From the NCBI RefSeq assembly GCF_006345805.1, contig NC_043010.1:44392001-44456000 (forward strand): a DNA stretch of 64,000 nucleotides, written 5' to 3'. Origin of the DNA: Octopus sinensis. Taxonomy: Eukaryota. Below the pieces are notes generated by a model. It had not been told where the DNA came from. It saw only the letters and a list, made by a program, of their open reading frames with translations, and ran no database searches. Each line of letters begins with the position of its first letter. Within the stretch, counting starts at the first letter, position 1. Of this stretch, positions 11,804-25,387 are shown piece by piece. The translations under genes and the position numbers were made by a program.

Positions 11804-14143
11804 CCGGCATGGTCCTCTGGCTTACCAGCTGCTGTCAAACTGCTCAGCTCATGCCAGCATGGAAGACAGAAATTGAATGAAGATGGTGAGGATGTAGACA
11901 GAGAGAGAGGGAGGGAGGGAGATAGATAGAGAGAGAGAGTTAAGGATGCAGGTAGAACAACTCACTGTGGAATTAACACAAAAAATTTGACCTACAGCAT
12001 AAGCAGTTGTCTGAAAAGTGCTTGAAACACTACATGGTGCAAGATGTAGAAAATATAATCTTGAAATTCAAAATGTAAAAAGTCACAGTGATATGGATAG
12101 TATATTCTGATAATACAAAACAATTTGGTGGAATGATCCTTTGTAAAAGGTAGGAACAACAAACTAGATATAATGATGTGGAGTAGAGAATAGAAAGTGT
12201 GCTTTCAACAATGTTTAAAGATAAAAGAAAATATCTATGCTGAACTAATGAATAGCCTACAGATACTACAGCCAAACTAAAAACTTAGATTTAGACTTGT
12301 GATTATTGGAGCACCTGGTCATGTAATTAACTGCCTCAATACCAAGGTTGAGAAGCTGGGCTTCACAAAGCCAGAAAAAACATAGCTAATTAGGAAATTA
12401 CAGTTACAAACCATCAGCAGACCTGTGAAAGATATAAAAACATATTCTACTTTAAGCACATAGGAGGTACAAAAAAAAAAGCGAGGACTTACATAAGTAT
12501 ATCTACACATGCATAGATCAAAACACACAGATCCATACATGCAATGACATGCATGCTTATATACATATATAATATATGTGGAGATACATTTACACATATA
12601 TATGTGGAATTATCTGAATTTCAATGGCAGAGTCTTGTTTTTGAGTTAGAAACCAGATCTTTCTTGATTGACGATGATGAACTTTAAGACTAAAATCAGA
12701 AGAACATACATGTATGTATGTGTGTGTGTGTGTGTATGTATGTGTGTGTGTGTGTGTGTGTTGGTGCATATGTTAACACAGTGGAAAAATGTAAATACTT
12801 ATAACACAAAAAGGGAATTTGTTCATGCATTTGAAACAGTGATTTCCCTCTGGCATTAGTCTGAATTTCTCATTTCCATAGTGATAAGGAACTTAGAGAA
12901 ATAACAGAGAGTACTCAGCTTTCAAAATACGCACACACACACACATTTTATGTGTGTGTGTGTGTGTGTGTGTGTGCATGTGTGCTCTTGTGTGTGACAT
13001 CATCATCATCTTAATGCTCACTTTTCCATGCTTGCATGGGTTGGATGGCATTTGTTGAGGCAGAATTTTTGCAGCTGAATGCTCTTCCTATCACCAACCT
13101 TCAGCTATTTTCAAGCAAGATTAGACATGCTTTGGAAAATATTGAAAATGAATGATACTGTTTGTATGACAGCAACACTCATTTACATATTACACAATGT
13201 TATGACAAGGAGACACAAATATATGTGTGCAGACACACACACACACACACACACATGTATACAATATTATAGATCCATTATAGCCAATCTTGGGTGGGGG
13301 GCCTTCGAGAAGCTTGAGCCCAAGATATTCCCACTCTTCATGGCACACAAATGTATTTTATATGATTCTTGAAAAACTAACATTCATATATTCATTTAAG
13401 TGAGTTTGTTATTTTTTGGCTTACCCCCACTACACTTAGTTTCATGCTGGACATTGGGTAAATAGATGCTTACCTAATAAAGTACACTCATCTGAAATGG
13501 CAGGCATGGAAAAATGGCAACCTGCCATCTCTGACAAGTGTACTTTATAAGATGATCTTCCATTTAACTAATATCCAATGCAAAACTGACTGGTAAGATC
13601 AGTTGTAACTGAGCTACAAGACTGTATACTTTGATTTATATACCCACTCTACAGACCAATATATGTATGCCTATTTTTTCTGATTTATGGATTCTTTGCA
13701 GCCTAGTGGTGAACAAGCAATGCACATACATTAAGGATGTGTGTTTGATAATACTTACGACACTAGCACTGTTTCTAATGCATATTTGAATTTATTCTTA
13801 CATATACATCATTGGGGTACACCTGCAAATGGTTTTTTAATGCTATTTGCATATAATCATGGACTGGCAATTAAGTTCACGCTTCAGCTTGGTTCAGGTA
13901 TGTGATGTTAATAAGTTACAAAAATAGCGAAACATTGATGTCGGTCACTACTGAATGGAACTTGGGGTGAACTGTCTCACTTGTCTATGACTTTCAGATG
14001 CTTTAACACCCAACGCTCTGATGGAGTCATCTCCATGGCACAAATTGCAGCCTACTGGCAAACAAGCAGAGCACATATACTGTGTATGTGTGTTTGATAC
14101 AAATCTACTCACAAGGCTTTGATTGATACAGGGCCACAATCTT

Positions 14144-14452
14144 TCGTCGCCCTTTTCAAGCCTAGCCAGGCTCATGGGCCTGGTTTCCCGGTTTCTGTGG
14201 CATATGTGTTTCCCCCAGCTGGACAGGATGCCTGTCCATCGCAGCATTACTTAAGAAACAGGAAGAGAGAGTGAGAGAAAGTTGTGGCGAAAGAGTACAA
14301 CAGGGGTCGCCACCACCCTCTGCCAGAGCCTTTTGGAGCTTTCAGGTGTTTTCACTCAATATACACACACAACGTCCGGTCTGGGAATCAAAACTGCAAT
14401 CCTCTGACTGCGAGTCCGCTGCCCTAACCACTGGGCCATTGCACCTCCACAC
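14144..14452 (-). mobile_element. SINE family D, near full length
   Basis: Reverse complement matches 6843-7108 and adds the gcgatggacaggcatcctgtccag segment. Confidence 0.85.
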
Positions 14453-15289
14453 AGGGCCACAGTAGCAGATACTTTTCCAAGGTGTCCCAATATGGTTGGT
14501 AAGCAGACTCCTTAACCACACAACCATGCCCATGCATGCATACATTCATACATGTATGTATATCATTCACTATCCAGAGGTTCCAGTTCATCTTGAGCAA
14601 CATTTTTGTCTATCTCACTCTGTAATCAAGAAAAATACTTGCTCAGGTTGAGGAAGTCTTGTAACATAGCCTAACTAGTTGAGACACGACTTGCATGTTA
14701 TTGTGGTCACTTGTTAGTTGGACCAACAGCTCACTTCGCCATAATAGACTTTGTCTCCTTTTGTGAAGGTAGCTCAATTGAATGTGCCAAGCTCATATTC
14801 AGAACAAGGGTATTCTTAAAAGAATGGATAGTGCAATAGAATTTCATGTTTCCAGTCACTGTATTCTTGTGGGAGTGAGGTCATTGACAATATTTGCTGT
14901 TGATATCATTAACAAGACTGATAATATTTTATAATTCCTCCTAGTAAAGCAATATCAGTGAAGTCGTGGTCAGAGAAATTTTGCCCATTCAACCGTTTGT
15001 GTATGTCCTTTTTTTACCACCTAATTCATAAGGGTGGCAGCGGGGAACTTCCTTAGCAAAGTACAAACAGGAACAAGAATCAACTGCTATACTCATTTTC
15101 CATCCTGATGCAGCAATTTAAAATGGTGTAAATCTTTATTAATGATTTGAAATTTTGAGAGGTTTGTTGTACAATCACATTATGTTCCACAATAATGATA
15201 TGTTTGTTGTCAAATATGTTAATGAAGTCAATAAAGCTGATAGCAATGAAAGTAGGTTTGGACACAAACAAAGTATCAATAAAAAAAAT

Positions 15290-15472
15290 CTCACATGAGA
15301 GAAAGTTGTAGTGAAAGAGTACAGCAGGGTTCGCCACCACCCCCTGCCGGAGCCTTGTGGAACTTTAGGTGTTTTTGCTCAATAAACACTCACAATGCCT
15401 GGTCTGGGAATCGAAACAGCAATCCCACGACTGCGAGTCCACTACCCTAACCACTGGGCCATTACGCCTCCA
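15290..15472 (-). mobile_element. SINE family D, 5' portion
   Basis: Head and first body segment only. Confidence 0.8.
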
Positions 15473-16689
15473 CACACACACACACACTAATGAGTTTGTA
15501 TATTGATGAGTGAGCTTAATGAACTAGACAACACACCTCGATGACGATGTTTCCAAATGTAAATGATCAGTGAATCACAGGAAAGATAACTATAATGTTG
15601 GACATACGTAATATACGTTTCAAATTTTTTGGGGAAGAGACAAGTCGATTACATCAACCCCAAAAGGAGGAATGGTAAGGTCGACCTCAGTGGAATTTGA
15701 CCTCAAAATGTAAAGTCAAATGAAATACCACTAAACATTCTGCCCACCATACTAATGATTTTTTTCAAGTTTACTACTTTTAATGAGAGTAATATATTGT
15801 TTTATACACATGCACATGCTTCCCTTTAAAAACAATTTCTGGTAAGTATATTCCATACATTCATGTTGAGGTTTATGTGTCTGACAGAGAGAGAGTGAGA
15901 AAGAGATTATTAAAAATGTATATACACAGACAAGGGAATGAAAAGAAGTTTCTTGGAAGAAGAAAGGCAGAAATGAAAAGGGAGGTGAGAGACAAAAGGA
16001 AATATGCACGAGAGAGATGAGAGAAGAGAGCGAAGGAAACATGACATTCTTAACATTAAATCTCTCAGGGTGTGGTAGGGTAAGCCAAAAAATAACAAAC
16101 TCACTTAAATGAATAGATGAATGTTAGTCTTTCAAGAATCATATAAAGTACATTTGTGTACCATGAGGAGTGGGAATATCTTGGGCTCAAGCTTCTCGAA
16201 GTTTCCCCCAAGATTTAATAAATATCATAAATACAAAATTAGATTTTCATCCATTCCTACTTTTCTTGATGAAAGAAATCTGAAGAACTTTACAGCTAGA
16301 GACAACAATCAACAGACATTGGTTTGCAGTTTGTTAGTTTCTTAAATCTTCTCTCTATATCTCAATATAATGTAATGATATACCGAGGTTATCATACTTC
16401 ACATTATCAAGGTTATCTTGTATAAGATTTTGATGACAGCCAGCATCATGATTAGTAAAAGCTGGTCATATCTTAACCTCTCATTATTTTTCAATATCCT
16501 CTATCTTGGTCTGCAAATAGCTTGATGAATTCTCAGCAGAAATTGAATGGTTCCCCACCTCTACTCTACTTGGTTTTGCTTTAGGCTACCAACAACTCTT
16601 TCTGTATTTTTTTATGCAGTCTTCATTGTTTATGCTTATATGATAACCTTCAAATTGTGAAACACCATGATAGCTGTACACATCTCATT

Positions 16690-17110
16690 CACTGTTCATT
16701 ATTCGACTTTGCCTTTCATCCTTTCAGGGTTGATAAATTAAGTACTAGTTGCATACTGAGGTCGATCTAATCGACTGCCCCCACTCCCCCAAAATTTCGT
16801 GCCTTGTGCATAGAATAGAAAAAAAAATCATTATTATGTTCTAGGTTCAACTACCACAGAGGTCAGTTTTGCTTTACATCCTTTTAGGTCAAATACTGGA
16901 GTCGATATAATCAATTGTAGGCCTTGTGCCGAAAATTGAAGCTGCTGCTGCTGCCACTACTACTACTACTACTACTACTATTATTATTATTATTATTACC
17001 TTTCATCCTTTCAGAGTTGATAAAATAAGTACCAGTTAAGCATGGGGATCAATGTAATTGACTTCACCCTCTTTCAAACTTGCTGGCCTTGTGCCAAATT
17101 TTAAATCATT
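16690..17110 (+). mobile_element. Cluster of three partial family C SINE 3' halves, with a (GCT)n(ACT)n(ATT)n microsatellite between the second and third
   Basis: The segment ttt(c/t)atcctt...gataaa(a/t)taagtac...ggccttgtgc recurs three times. Confidence 0.7.
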
Positions 17111-18770
17111 ATTATTATAACTATTACTAACAGGAAGACTGCCCTCCGAGCGGTTTTCTGCTAGCCACTTCATAATATTTTCACAGTTGATTCCCAATTC
17201 TAATAATTTTTATGATATTTTACATCTAATTATCTCTTTGTATAGTAGTGCTCACTTGTTTAGTAAATATTGCATTCATTATTTTATCACAGTCATAATC
17301 TCTCTTTTTTAAACAAACATCGAAGTAGTCTAACTACAGAGGGGAAAGCAGTTTGTCAAGTTTTACCTTCCCCTCAAAGCAACATAGAGATTTCATTTCA
17401 GCAGCCCATCTTTAAGCTTTGCATTATGTGTGTAAGAGAGCGCAGGGGAGAGAGAACATTGCAAACAATGAATGAAATAAACATGAAATGAAAAAAATTG
17501 TATAAATAAAAGGGCATAACTACAGATGTATACGCCCCAGGCTTTGTTGCCTTATAACATCCTAAAAAATGGATACTTGTTAACGAAATTTTATACAAAT
17601 ATTGTTTAGATGTTGCAGCTTCAGAGTATATAAGGATTTAAGGGAAATAACTTTTCCAAGGGGGTGGAGAGAGGAGTTTTGGAAAATTCACATGATCTGA
17701 ATTTTTTCTCTCATAACTTTCAGGAAAATTGGTATCTTTTAATGAAAGTTTATACAAATGTCTTTCAAATGGCATAGATTATGATTATAAAGAAATTTAT
17801 GGGGAAAATTATTTCTGGGGGGTGAGGAGAGGAGTTTTGTATCAGGAAGACAAAACCCCTGGGTTTTGACAGGGATTTTCCCCAGTTTTTTTTTTAAACC
17901 ACAGCCTTTGAAATTATGGAGGAGAGGGGCATCTTTGTATGAAAACGTTTTGAAAATCTCTTTACAACAACCCCTCACTCCCTCATCATCCCTCTTCAGA
18001 CCTATTTTGGCCAATTTTTTTGCACTTCAAAACCCTGGGAGGAGCATTTTAGGTAAAAATAAAAATCCTAATATTTTCAGAGGGAAAAGTGAGTGATTTA
18101 AGGGAGATTCAGCTTTTGTTTTTGTAGCACATCCCAAGACAACCTTCCTCATTTCTTTATCACTCATGCATGTATTGATGTTTTTCAATATTTTTCTCCC
18201 CTTAAATGCATTTATATGCTATGAAAAATTAAAATTTGAAAAATTAAAATTTGAAAAATTATGATTTGTTTTTGCAGCCCTACTCTCTTCCCCCAATTGT
18301 TTTTGTTTATAATTTAAAATATTGGAGAGCCTGTGAAAGTCATTACTGGCATTTATCTACAGTGATTTAAAAAAAGAGTTATGTAAATGATAATTCATTT
18401 TAATAGCATACTTTTCTGTTAGAAAATGTTTTTTTTTACACACACACATATAGCTTCACTTGATTGAGGGTGATTTGGGTTGTGCTAGAAACAATAGCCA
18501 AACCTTCTTCAAATTTTTTACCTTTTCCTCTGAAAATATTGACAATTTTTTTTTTTTACTTTTTTACTGAAAGGACTCCTCCCATGGTTTTTAAGCTAAA
18601 ACAAACAAGAAGAAAAAGTTTAAATCAGTTCAGACAGTTATTATTGTAAGGTGTTCCACACAGCCATAACAACAAAATCACTTCTTAATTTTGGTTCACA
18701 AACAATTTTTTACAAAAATTATACCAGCATGTAAAATAATTTTCATTCAATAAATAATGTTTTTACATTA

Positions 18771-19625
18771 CTTATGGATGAAGACAGCTGTGTAAAGAAG
18801 TGCTGATCTCTAACTGTAGAGAGAACCTGTGGTAGAGGTAGACACAGGAAGACATCGCATGAAGTGGTGAAGCATGATCTTCGAATTTGAGCCTCACAGA
18901 GGCAATGACTGAGACGTTTGGCAATATGCTGTACTTGAGTTCAAATTCCACCAAGGTCAACTTTGCCTGGGATTGATATATATTTCTTTATTGCCCACAA
19001 GGGGCTAAACATAGAGGGGACAAACAAGGGCAGACAAAGGAATTAAGTCAATTATATCGACCCCAGTGCAAAACTGGTACTTTATTTATCGACCCCTAAA
19101 GGATGAAAGGCAAAGTCGACCTCGGCAGAATTTGAACTCAGAACGTAATGGCAGACGAAATACGGCTATGCATTTCGCCCATTGTGCTAACGTTTCTACC
19201 AGCTCGCCGCCTTCAAATTGCCTGGGATTAATATAATTGACTAATCCCCTTAGTCCCACTCAAATTTCAGGCCTTGAGTCTTTAGTAGAAAGGATTATTA
19301 TTATTGTTAGTTATTGGGTGTTGGGCCACACAGAGGCAAAGTGGCTGAGTTCCTTTCGAGTGTTGGGCCTCACAGAGGCAATGACCGAGAAGTGTGACAT
19401 TATGTCGTGCTTGAGAAGAAGACCAATCAAACCGAGCAACATTGCAGCCATGGCAGATAGCAGTGTCACGCAGATGGCACCTGTGCCAGTGGCACGTAAA
19501 AACACCCATAACACTCTTGGAGTGGTTGGCATTAGGAAGAGCATCAAGCCGAGGAAAACCATGCCAAATCAGACTGTTGTCTGGTGCAGCCACCCAGCTT
19601 ACCAGCCATGGTCAAACCGTCCAAC
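18771..19625 (+). mobile_element. Nested cluster: RTE 3' end interrupted by a family C SINE fragment, which is itself interrupted by a young inverted family C SINE
   Basis: RTE coding end at 18771-18940 resumes at about 19315 into the 3' UTR. The inner minus-strand SINE at 18975-19217 is flanked by the 12-bp direct repeat ttgcctgggatt (18963-18974 and 19218-19229). Confidence 0.8.
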
Positions 19626-21029
19626 AGACGTTATTGCTGCCTCCTCTTCAAGAGGATTTATGTGCTACACAAGGAAGACAAGTACTATGAAAAGCATTCA
19701 GGTTACTTAATTTGTCTATAGATAATTTACATTTTAATTTTTTCTTTCATATATTTGCATTTCTTAAAAATAAATTTTCAAAATCAACATTTCAAACAAG
19801 AGTAACGTTTCAAGGGAAATAACTTTGATTTTTTTTAAAGCTTGTTATTTCCCTTGCCTGAAAATGCCGTTTTCTTTTACAAAATCTGTATTTAAGTGTC
19901 ATTCAAAAAGTGTTAAAAATTCAATTAAAAATACCTTATACAGTGAGGAAAATACATTAGTTCAATGACTAACATTATGTAATCAGATGCGGGAGACAAC
20001 TCTCTGAAAATATTTTTGTTTTATTAACATCTCGGTGAACCAGAGAAGTACTTGGCGAAGTACTGATAAAAATATCGAGTTGTTACACAATAATATACAC
20101 AAGCATATTTTTAAAAAATGCATAACTATCTGCATAGTGTAGTTAAGCTTGTATTAATATATTAAATCGCATACACATTCAGCCAAAGTTACGACGTCTA
20201 CATATCTGTGTTCGTGTGTATGGGTAACGTCTTACATAGATGCAATTTCGTATGCGGGCGCGTTAGTTAACTATTGTTTTGTGAGATTCTTAATGTGAAT
20301 ATGTGTGCTGAAACATATGCTGGATTTTACTAAAAGGAGGGCCATTGTTGCGAATAAGAGATAAACGCACCGGTTCTATAATTGAAGAAGATGAGGAGAG
20401 AGAGAGAGGTGGGGGGAGATACTGCCTTCTAGTGTGTTTTATCAAAAGGTGACGAGAGTGGTAACACTGGTGAGACTGAATAGATCTACTCTGAGTATGC
20501 TTTCCTAAGTAGAAGGAATAAAACTGGAAGAGGGGGATTCTCCATGCCTTGGGGATGACAGAGTAATCTGGGTCTTTTGCGTGAAGCTTACTCTGAAGTA
20601 CCCTAAATACTGAGGTTCCTAGTTATTTATTAATCATTTATTTCTCAAACTTCTATTTATATATCCTTTGTTATATCCTTTCATATTGTAGTGTCTCCCT
20701 TGGTCAATGTAAACCTTAACTGTTTTGAGTGTTATACCTTGTCCTTTGATATTGTATTCCTTATGTTGGGCCCTTGTAGCCAATAAAAGAAATCGTTATT
20801 ATTATCATTGAGAGAGCAGCATATGCCATCAAAGTGACACTGGGGTAGAAATATACAAAGCCCAATATACTCATCATGACTACTGATCTGATAAGGGTAC
20901 ACCAGGCATGTGCATCACAACAATATGTTTACGATATGGTGATCTCATATCAAGATAAACAGTACATAACCTTGCAGGTGGGACCCAGTTAGCGTTTTCT
21001 TCAAGTTGAGTAGCCAATTCTGCTCAAAA

Positions 21030-21785
21030 GGTCCCGACCTGGGTGTTATTGTCGACAGTGATTTGTGTTGGACAAAACACATCGCTAAAATTGTCAAGAA
21101 GGCTGAGGGTGTCTTGGCATCACTCACCAAGTCCTTTGTGAGCCGCTCTCCGACTATCTGTCTGCGGCTTTATATAGCTATGGTAAGACCTTACCTGGAA
21201 TTTGCATCACCGGTCTGGAACCCCTATCTTGCCCAGGATATCAATCGTCTGGAAGCCGTTCAGCGACGTGCAACCAAAAGAATACCCTCCATCAGGCATT
21301 TGCCATATTCTGAACGCCTTACTTCCCTGGGCATGGACACATTGAAACTCCAACGTCTGGCAGCTGACTTGGCAGACACCCATAAAATTATCAACCATCT
21401 TACAAACAATAACTCTGAGCACCTTTTCGAACTCCACCCATCTAACACCCGTGGACATATTTACAAAGTAAGAAAACAGCACAGCTTCCATGACTTCAGG
21501 AAACATTTTTTCATGCTGAGAGTTGCTGAAGCATGGAACAAACTGTCGGCATCAGTTGTTAGTTGTCGGAGCACTGCATCCTTCAAAACTTCCATGCTTT
21601 CTGAGATTCGCCAACACTACACCTGATTTTCTCCCCTCCATACACACACAAGCATGTATCTGACTCATACATTGTTCGCTTTCCAGACATTTGTACATTA
21701 CTGCATATGCTTTATATGCACTTTCTGACAAGTTGTGGTGCACCTGAGCACTGTATACAATAATTTCATTATTATTATTATTATC
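21030..21785 (+). mobile_element. 5'-truncated CR1-clade LINE (RT C-terminus, 3' UTR, (ATT)n tail), relatively young
   Basis: Uninterrupted frame DLGVIVDSDLCWTKHI...VRPYLEFASPVWNPYLAQDINRLEAVQRRATK...TRGH...FF.LRVAEAWNKL, with an attattatt tail at about 21765-21783. Confidence 0.92.
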
Positions 21786-21928
21786 ATAAGGATTGTTAAA
21801 GGATGATGAATGAAACACCCATGTTTCCAGGGATGGATTATTCAATCCCCAAATAATTTCTCTCAATACATGGCTATGATGCTCCATCACTACTCGTGCT
21901 CATGATCAAAGATGTACAATTATCAGCC

Positions 21929-21931
<3 letters not shown>

Positions 21932-21990
<59 letters not shown>

Positions 21991-22026
21991 ACACACACAC
22001 ACACACACACCACACACACACACACA
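21932..22026. repeat. Compound (GA)n(CA)n microsatellite
   Basis: Visible directly in the sequence. Confidence 0.95.
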
Positions 22027-22797
22027 TACATGTAAGTTGAAAAATAAGAAATCTGAAACATAGGGTTACAATTCAAGAAGCTACAGCTTCTATTAAAATA
22101 TATACACACTACTTTATATATTTCCTATTGAGGATTTTCTTCTCTGCAGGATGCTGAATTCATGAAGAAAATGATGAAGAACTGTAACAATTAGTGAGAC
22201 ATTGTTATGAGGAAGATCTATGTCACCCATGTCAGTTGAAAATACATACATAAAGTGTTGACATGTGTCTGTGTATACATTAACGTGTGTATGAGATATA
22301 TAGTAAAGACTGGTAGGCTCTGCAGAAATGTCTAGTGAAAGAGAAGTATGTTTAGCTACTGATACAATAGAAAGTTTACTGTACAGCTTCTTCAAACTAC
22401 CGATCAGATTCTAAAGTAAGTTCATTTCACAGAGAAAGAAGAAAAGAAATGAAAGACAGGAGTAACAGAATTCATGAAGAAAATTATTATGAAAAGGAGA
22501 TGGTGGAACAAGAAAAAAAAACTATCATGAAAGTGAGATGGGGAATCAAGAAAAAAATGTGAAACAGAGAAGGATAATGATAATATGAGAGTGAACCTTA
22601 GAAAAGAAGAGAGAATAGCAGAGTGAAAGAGTAAGGAGATTATATGAAAAGAGAGAGAGAATGAGTTTGGATGAAGAGGAATGATGGAGTGACACTAGAA
22701 TAGGAGAAAGTAGGAGAGAAATGCATGAAAGAGAAGAAGGATAAAGAAAGCAGGAGAAAAAGGGTGAGGAGAGTTTGTAAGAAAAATTGTATAGATA

Positions 22798-23030
22798 TTA
22801 ACCCCTCTGATACTAATCTGCTTGAGATTGCTCATGGTCCTGTGATATAAACTTCATGTCTTAAAGTGACCTAATGTAAAACTTGTCATCAAAATTCCAT
22901 GTTAATTTATTATGTTCCAATCACCAACTAAATAATAACAAAATTATTGTACTCAATCCTTCATCATTTTCAAAATTAATTGAAACAAAGGTAGTTTAAT
23001 TCAACCAAAATATGGTAACAAAAGGAAAGG
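22798..23030 (+). mobile_element. TTAA-flanked MITE (piggyBac-type), right end degenerate
   Basis: Left end ttaa|cccctctgatac; the interior matches the copy at 52.6 kb (ttcatcattttcaaaattaattgaaacaaag). Confidence 0.6.
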
Positions 23031-24134
23031 AATTTGAGAAAAAGTAGATGTGTATGGTGATGATTTAGAGACAATGTCAGTCAGGATCTTCAGTTGCTAG
23101 GAAAAACAAAATACCAAATTACAGAAAATATAATTCTATAATAGTGGTTAAGCACAGTTCTGTAATAATGCATATGTGTGTGTGTGTGTGTGTAACATTT
23201 GAATTTTCTATTACACATATCAATGAAAATACTACCACCAGGATCTCTACATTGGTGTAGAAATATTTTACATCACATTAGTAATGGCTGAGCAAACGTA
23301 TCACCTGCATTTATTGAATTTTGTGTTGCTTCATGATTTTGTAATATTTTTATTTATATTACTAGGGGGCCAACTTGGCTGCCCACACCATCAGATCCCT
23401 GTGATGTGTGTGTGTGTGTGTGCATGTTCCTTTCTTTATCCTACTTTTCCCAAGCATTTCCTTCCTACTTTTTATTTTAATCCAATATCCCTCTATTGTT
23501 CCTTCTCACTCACAATCATTGTGTGTGTGTGTGTGCATGTGTGTGTGTGTGTATTTTTGTGTATACAGGCTTAAATGCATCAATGAACATGTATATGTGT
23601 CAGTTATTGTGTGCATGCATAAGCACATAAGCTTGGTTACAAATGTGTACATATGCATTGGGGAAAGTGTGTTCAACCATCCATGAAAATGTATGAGTAA
23701 AATATGTTTGTGCCAGTATATCTGGAAAGGTATTCGCATCTTTGGAATACCCCCAAGGTGCCTGGCACCATTATGGTGGTGTTGGTCATATATACTATCA
23801 ATGCTCTTCTTTATTTTACTTCAATTAGAATATCCCTCAGCAGTTCTAGTTTTTGCAGCAGTAGCTCACATGGGACATCCTTGACAAACCAAGGTTGTTT
23901 TCTCTTGAGAAATCAAGGCTTTCTTTTCTCATCTCTTCTGTACATACATGCTTCAAGAGTTCCAGTAAGTGGCCATTTAGTCAAACCACCAAGTAAATGG
24001 TGCTGTATATTGAAGTCAACCAGACATTAATTGCTCTGAAAGTTACCAATCAGTAGTGATGGCCAACTGTTTCAAGCTTTTCATAGATCCAAACTGATCA
24101 GAGCATCTCTAAAGCAAAGTTCATTATCCATCCT

Positions 24135-24420
24135 CTCATCATCATCATTATCATTTTCATCATCATCCTTTAATGTCTGTTTTCCATGCTGGCATGGTTT
24201 GTACAGTTTGACCAGAGCTGCACCAGATTCCAGTCTCATTTGGTTTGGTTTCTATGGTTGGATGCCTTTCTGAATGCTAACCACTTTCTAGTGTGTCCCG
24301 AGTGCTTTAAATGCGGTACCAGCAAAAGCACTTTTATGTGGCACTGGGATGAATGCTTTTTACATGACACTGACACAGGACTCTTGCAAGCCAATTCCTC
24401 TTCACTAGGGGATGTGGCCT
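24135..24420 (-). mobile_element. RTE 3'-UTR-type short element
   Basis: (CAT)n tail, tgttttccatgctggcatgg, ggatgcctttctgaatgctaaccact and ttttatgtggcactgg. Confidence 0.75.
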
Positions 24421-24469
24421 TAACACTTCTGCTGTGGAGGATGGGATGCATGAGGCAGTGATTAGTGGG

Positions 24470-24800
24470 AGTAAACATGTCCAGAATTGCACAATTCTGC
24501 ACTTTCCTGACTTCATTGCTAATGACAAACACCCATCTCTTTGCTTGCACACTGGCCACAATCTTTAACTCTGTATTCAGCAAAGTCATGGGCTGGAAAT
24601 TATTAATAGTGTATTTCTTCAACAGTTCTACCACTCACTGGCTCACAGGATTAGGAATTCTCTTATTCTACTGCCAGTTGTAATAGATGTCTACCAAAGA
24701 GGTTAACAAACAAGTCTGGCATGTATTTGAAGGCTGTAAGATAGGCCATCCAAACCAAGTAATTTATCCCTCATACATTCACTTACTGTTACAGTTGTTG
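24470..24800 (-). mobile_element. Degenerate L1/Tx1-clade LINE reverse-transcriptase fragment
   Basis: Minus strand gives CMRDKLLGLDGLSY (similar to KSPGLDG), then VVELLKK..INNFQPMTLLNTELKIVASVQAKR...VQNCAI (similar to NFRPITLLNTELKILAKVLA.RL...Q.CAIPGR). Confidence 0.7.
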
Positions 24801-24949
24801 TTATTAGTTTCATACTCTCTGTTGAGAGTTGTGACAGGTTTTTGAAGTTAGCACTGAAGTTCACTACTGTCTCTGCTCTGCCAGTTGCCCAATTGAGCAA
24901 AGTAACGACGGTAAATGGTGTCAGGACTGCCTTATATACAAATAAATAT

Positions 24950-25387
24950 GATAAATGCTCATGCAGAGATAAATCAAAATGTCCTTCGATGAATCTCTGT
25001 ATGAACACAAATCTTGTATATAAATGTACTGTGCACACAAAGGGAGGGCCCTATGTTTACATTCGGCAGATGGCTGATTCATTTAAGAATTATTATTGTA
25101 ACCATGTTGCCAGCTTTAAGACAATCAATAAGAGGCATTCAACATCTTTGGCAGATTTTGTATGGAGACTGAAGGAGGACAAAACGAAGTACAGAATTAA
25201 TTGGTCCATAGTAAGATATGCAAAACCATACAATATAATTTCCAGGAGATGCTGTCTCTGCTCCAAGGAATCTCTGTCAGTTCTGTGGACTAACGAGAAG
25301 ATAATTAATAGAATTTCTGAATGGTTATCAAGATGTCTACATGCATATAAATGTACTTTCACACAATGCAGTGAGAATGAATTTTGA
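24950..25387 (+). mobile_element. Penelope-like element GIY-YIG endonuclease region with Cys-rich linker
   Basis: CSCRDKSKCPSMNLC..NLVYKCTV..YVYIRQ..FKNYYCNHVASFK..STSLADFVWRLK..INWSIV..AKPY..CCLCSKE..INRISEWLSRCLH matches the PLE endonuclease pattern; YIG reads YIR. Confidence 0.85.

Noticed and set aside
19811-19857. 13-bp stem-loop caagggaaataac...gttatttcccttg
   Set aside because: The aagggaaataa motif recurs elsewhere (17.6 and 31.3 kb), suggesting part of an unclassified repeat; nothing supports a function.
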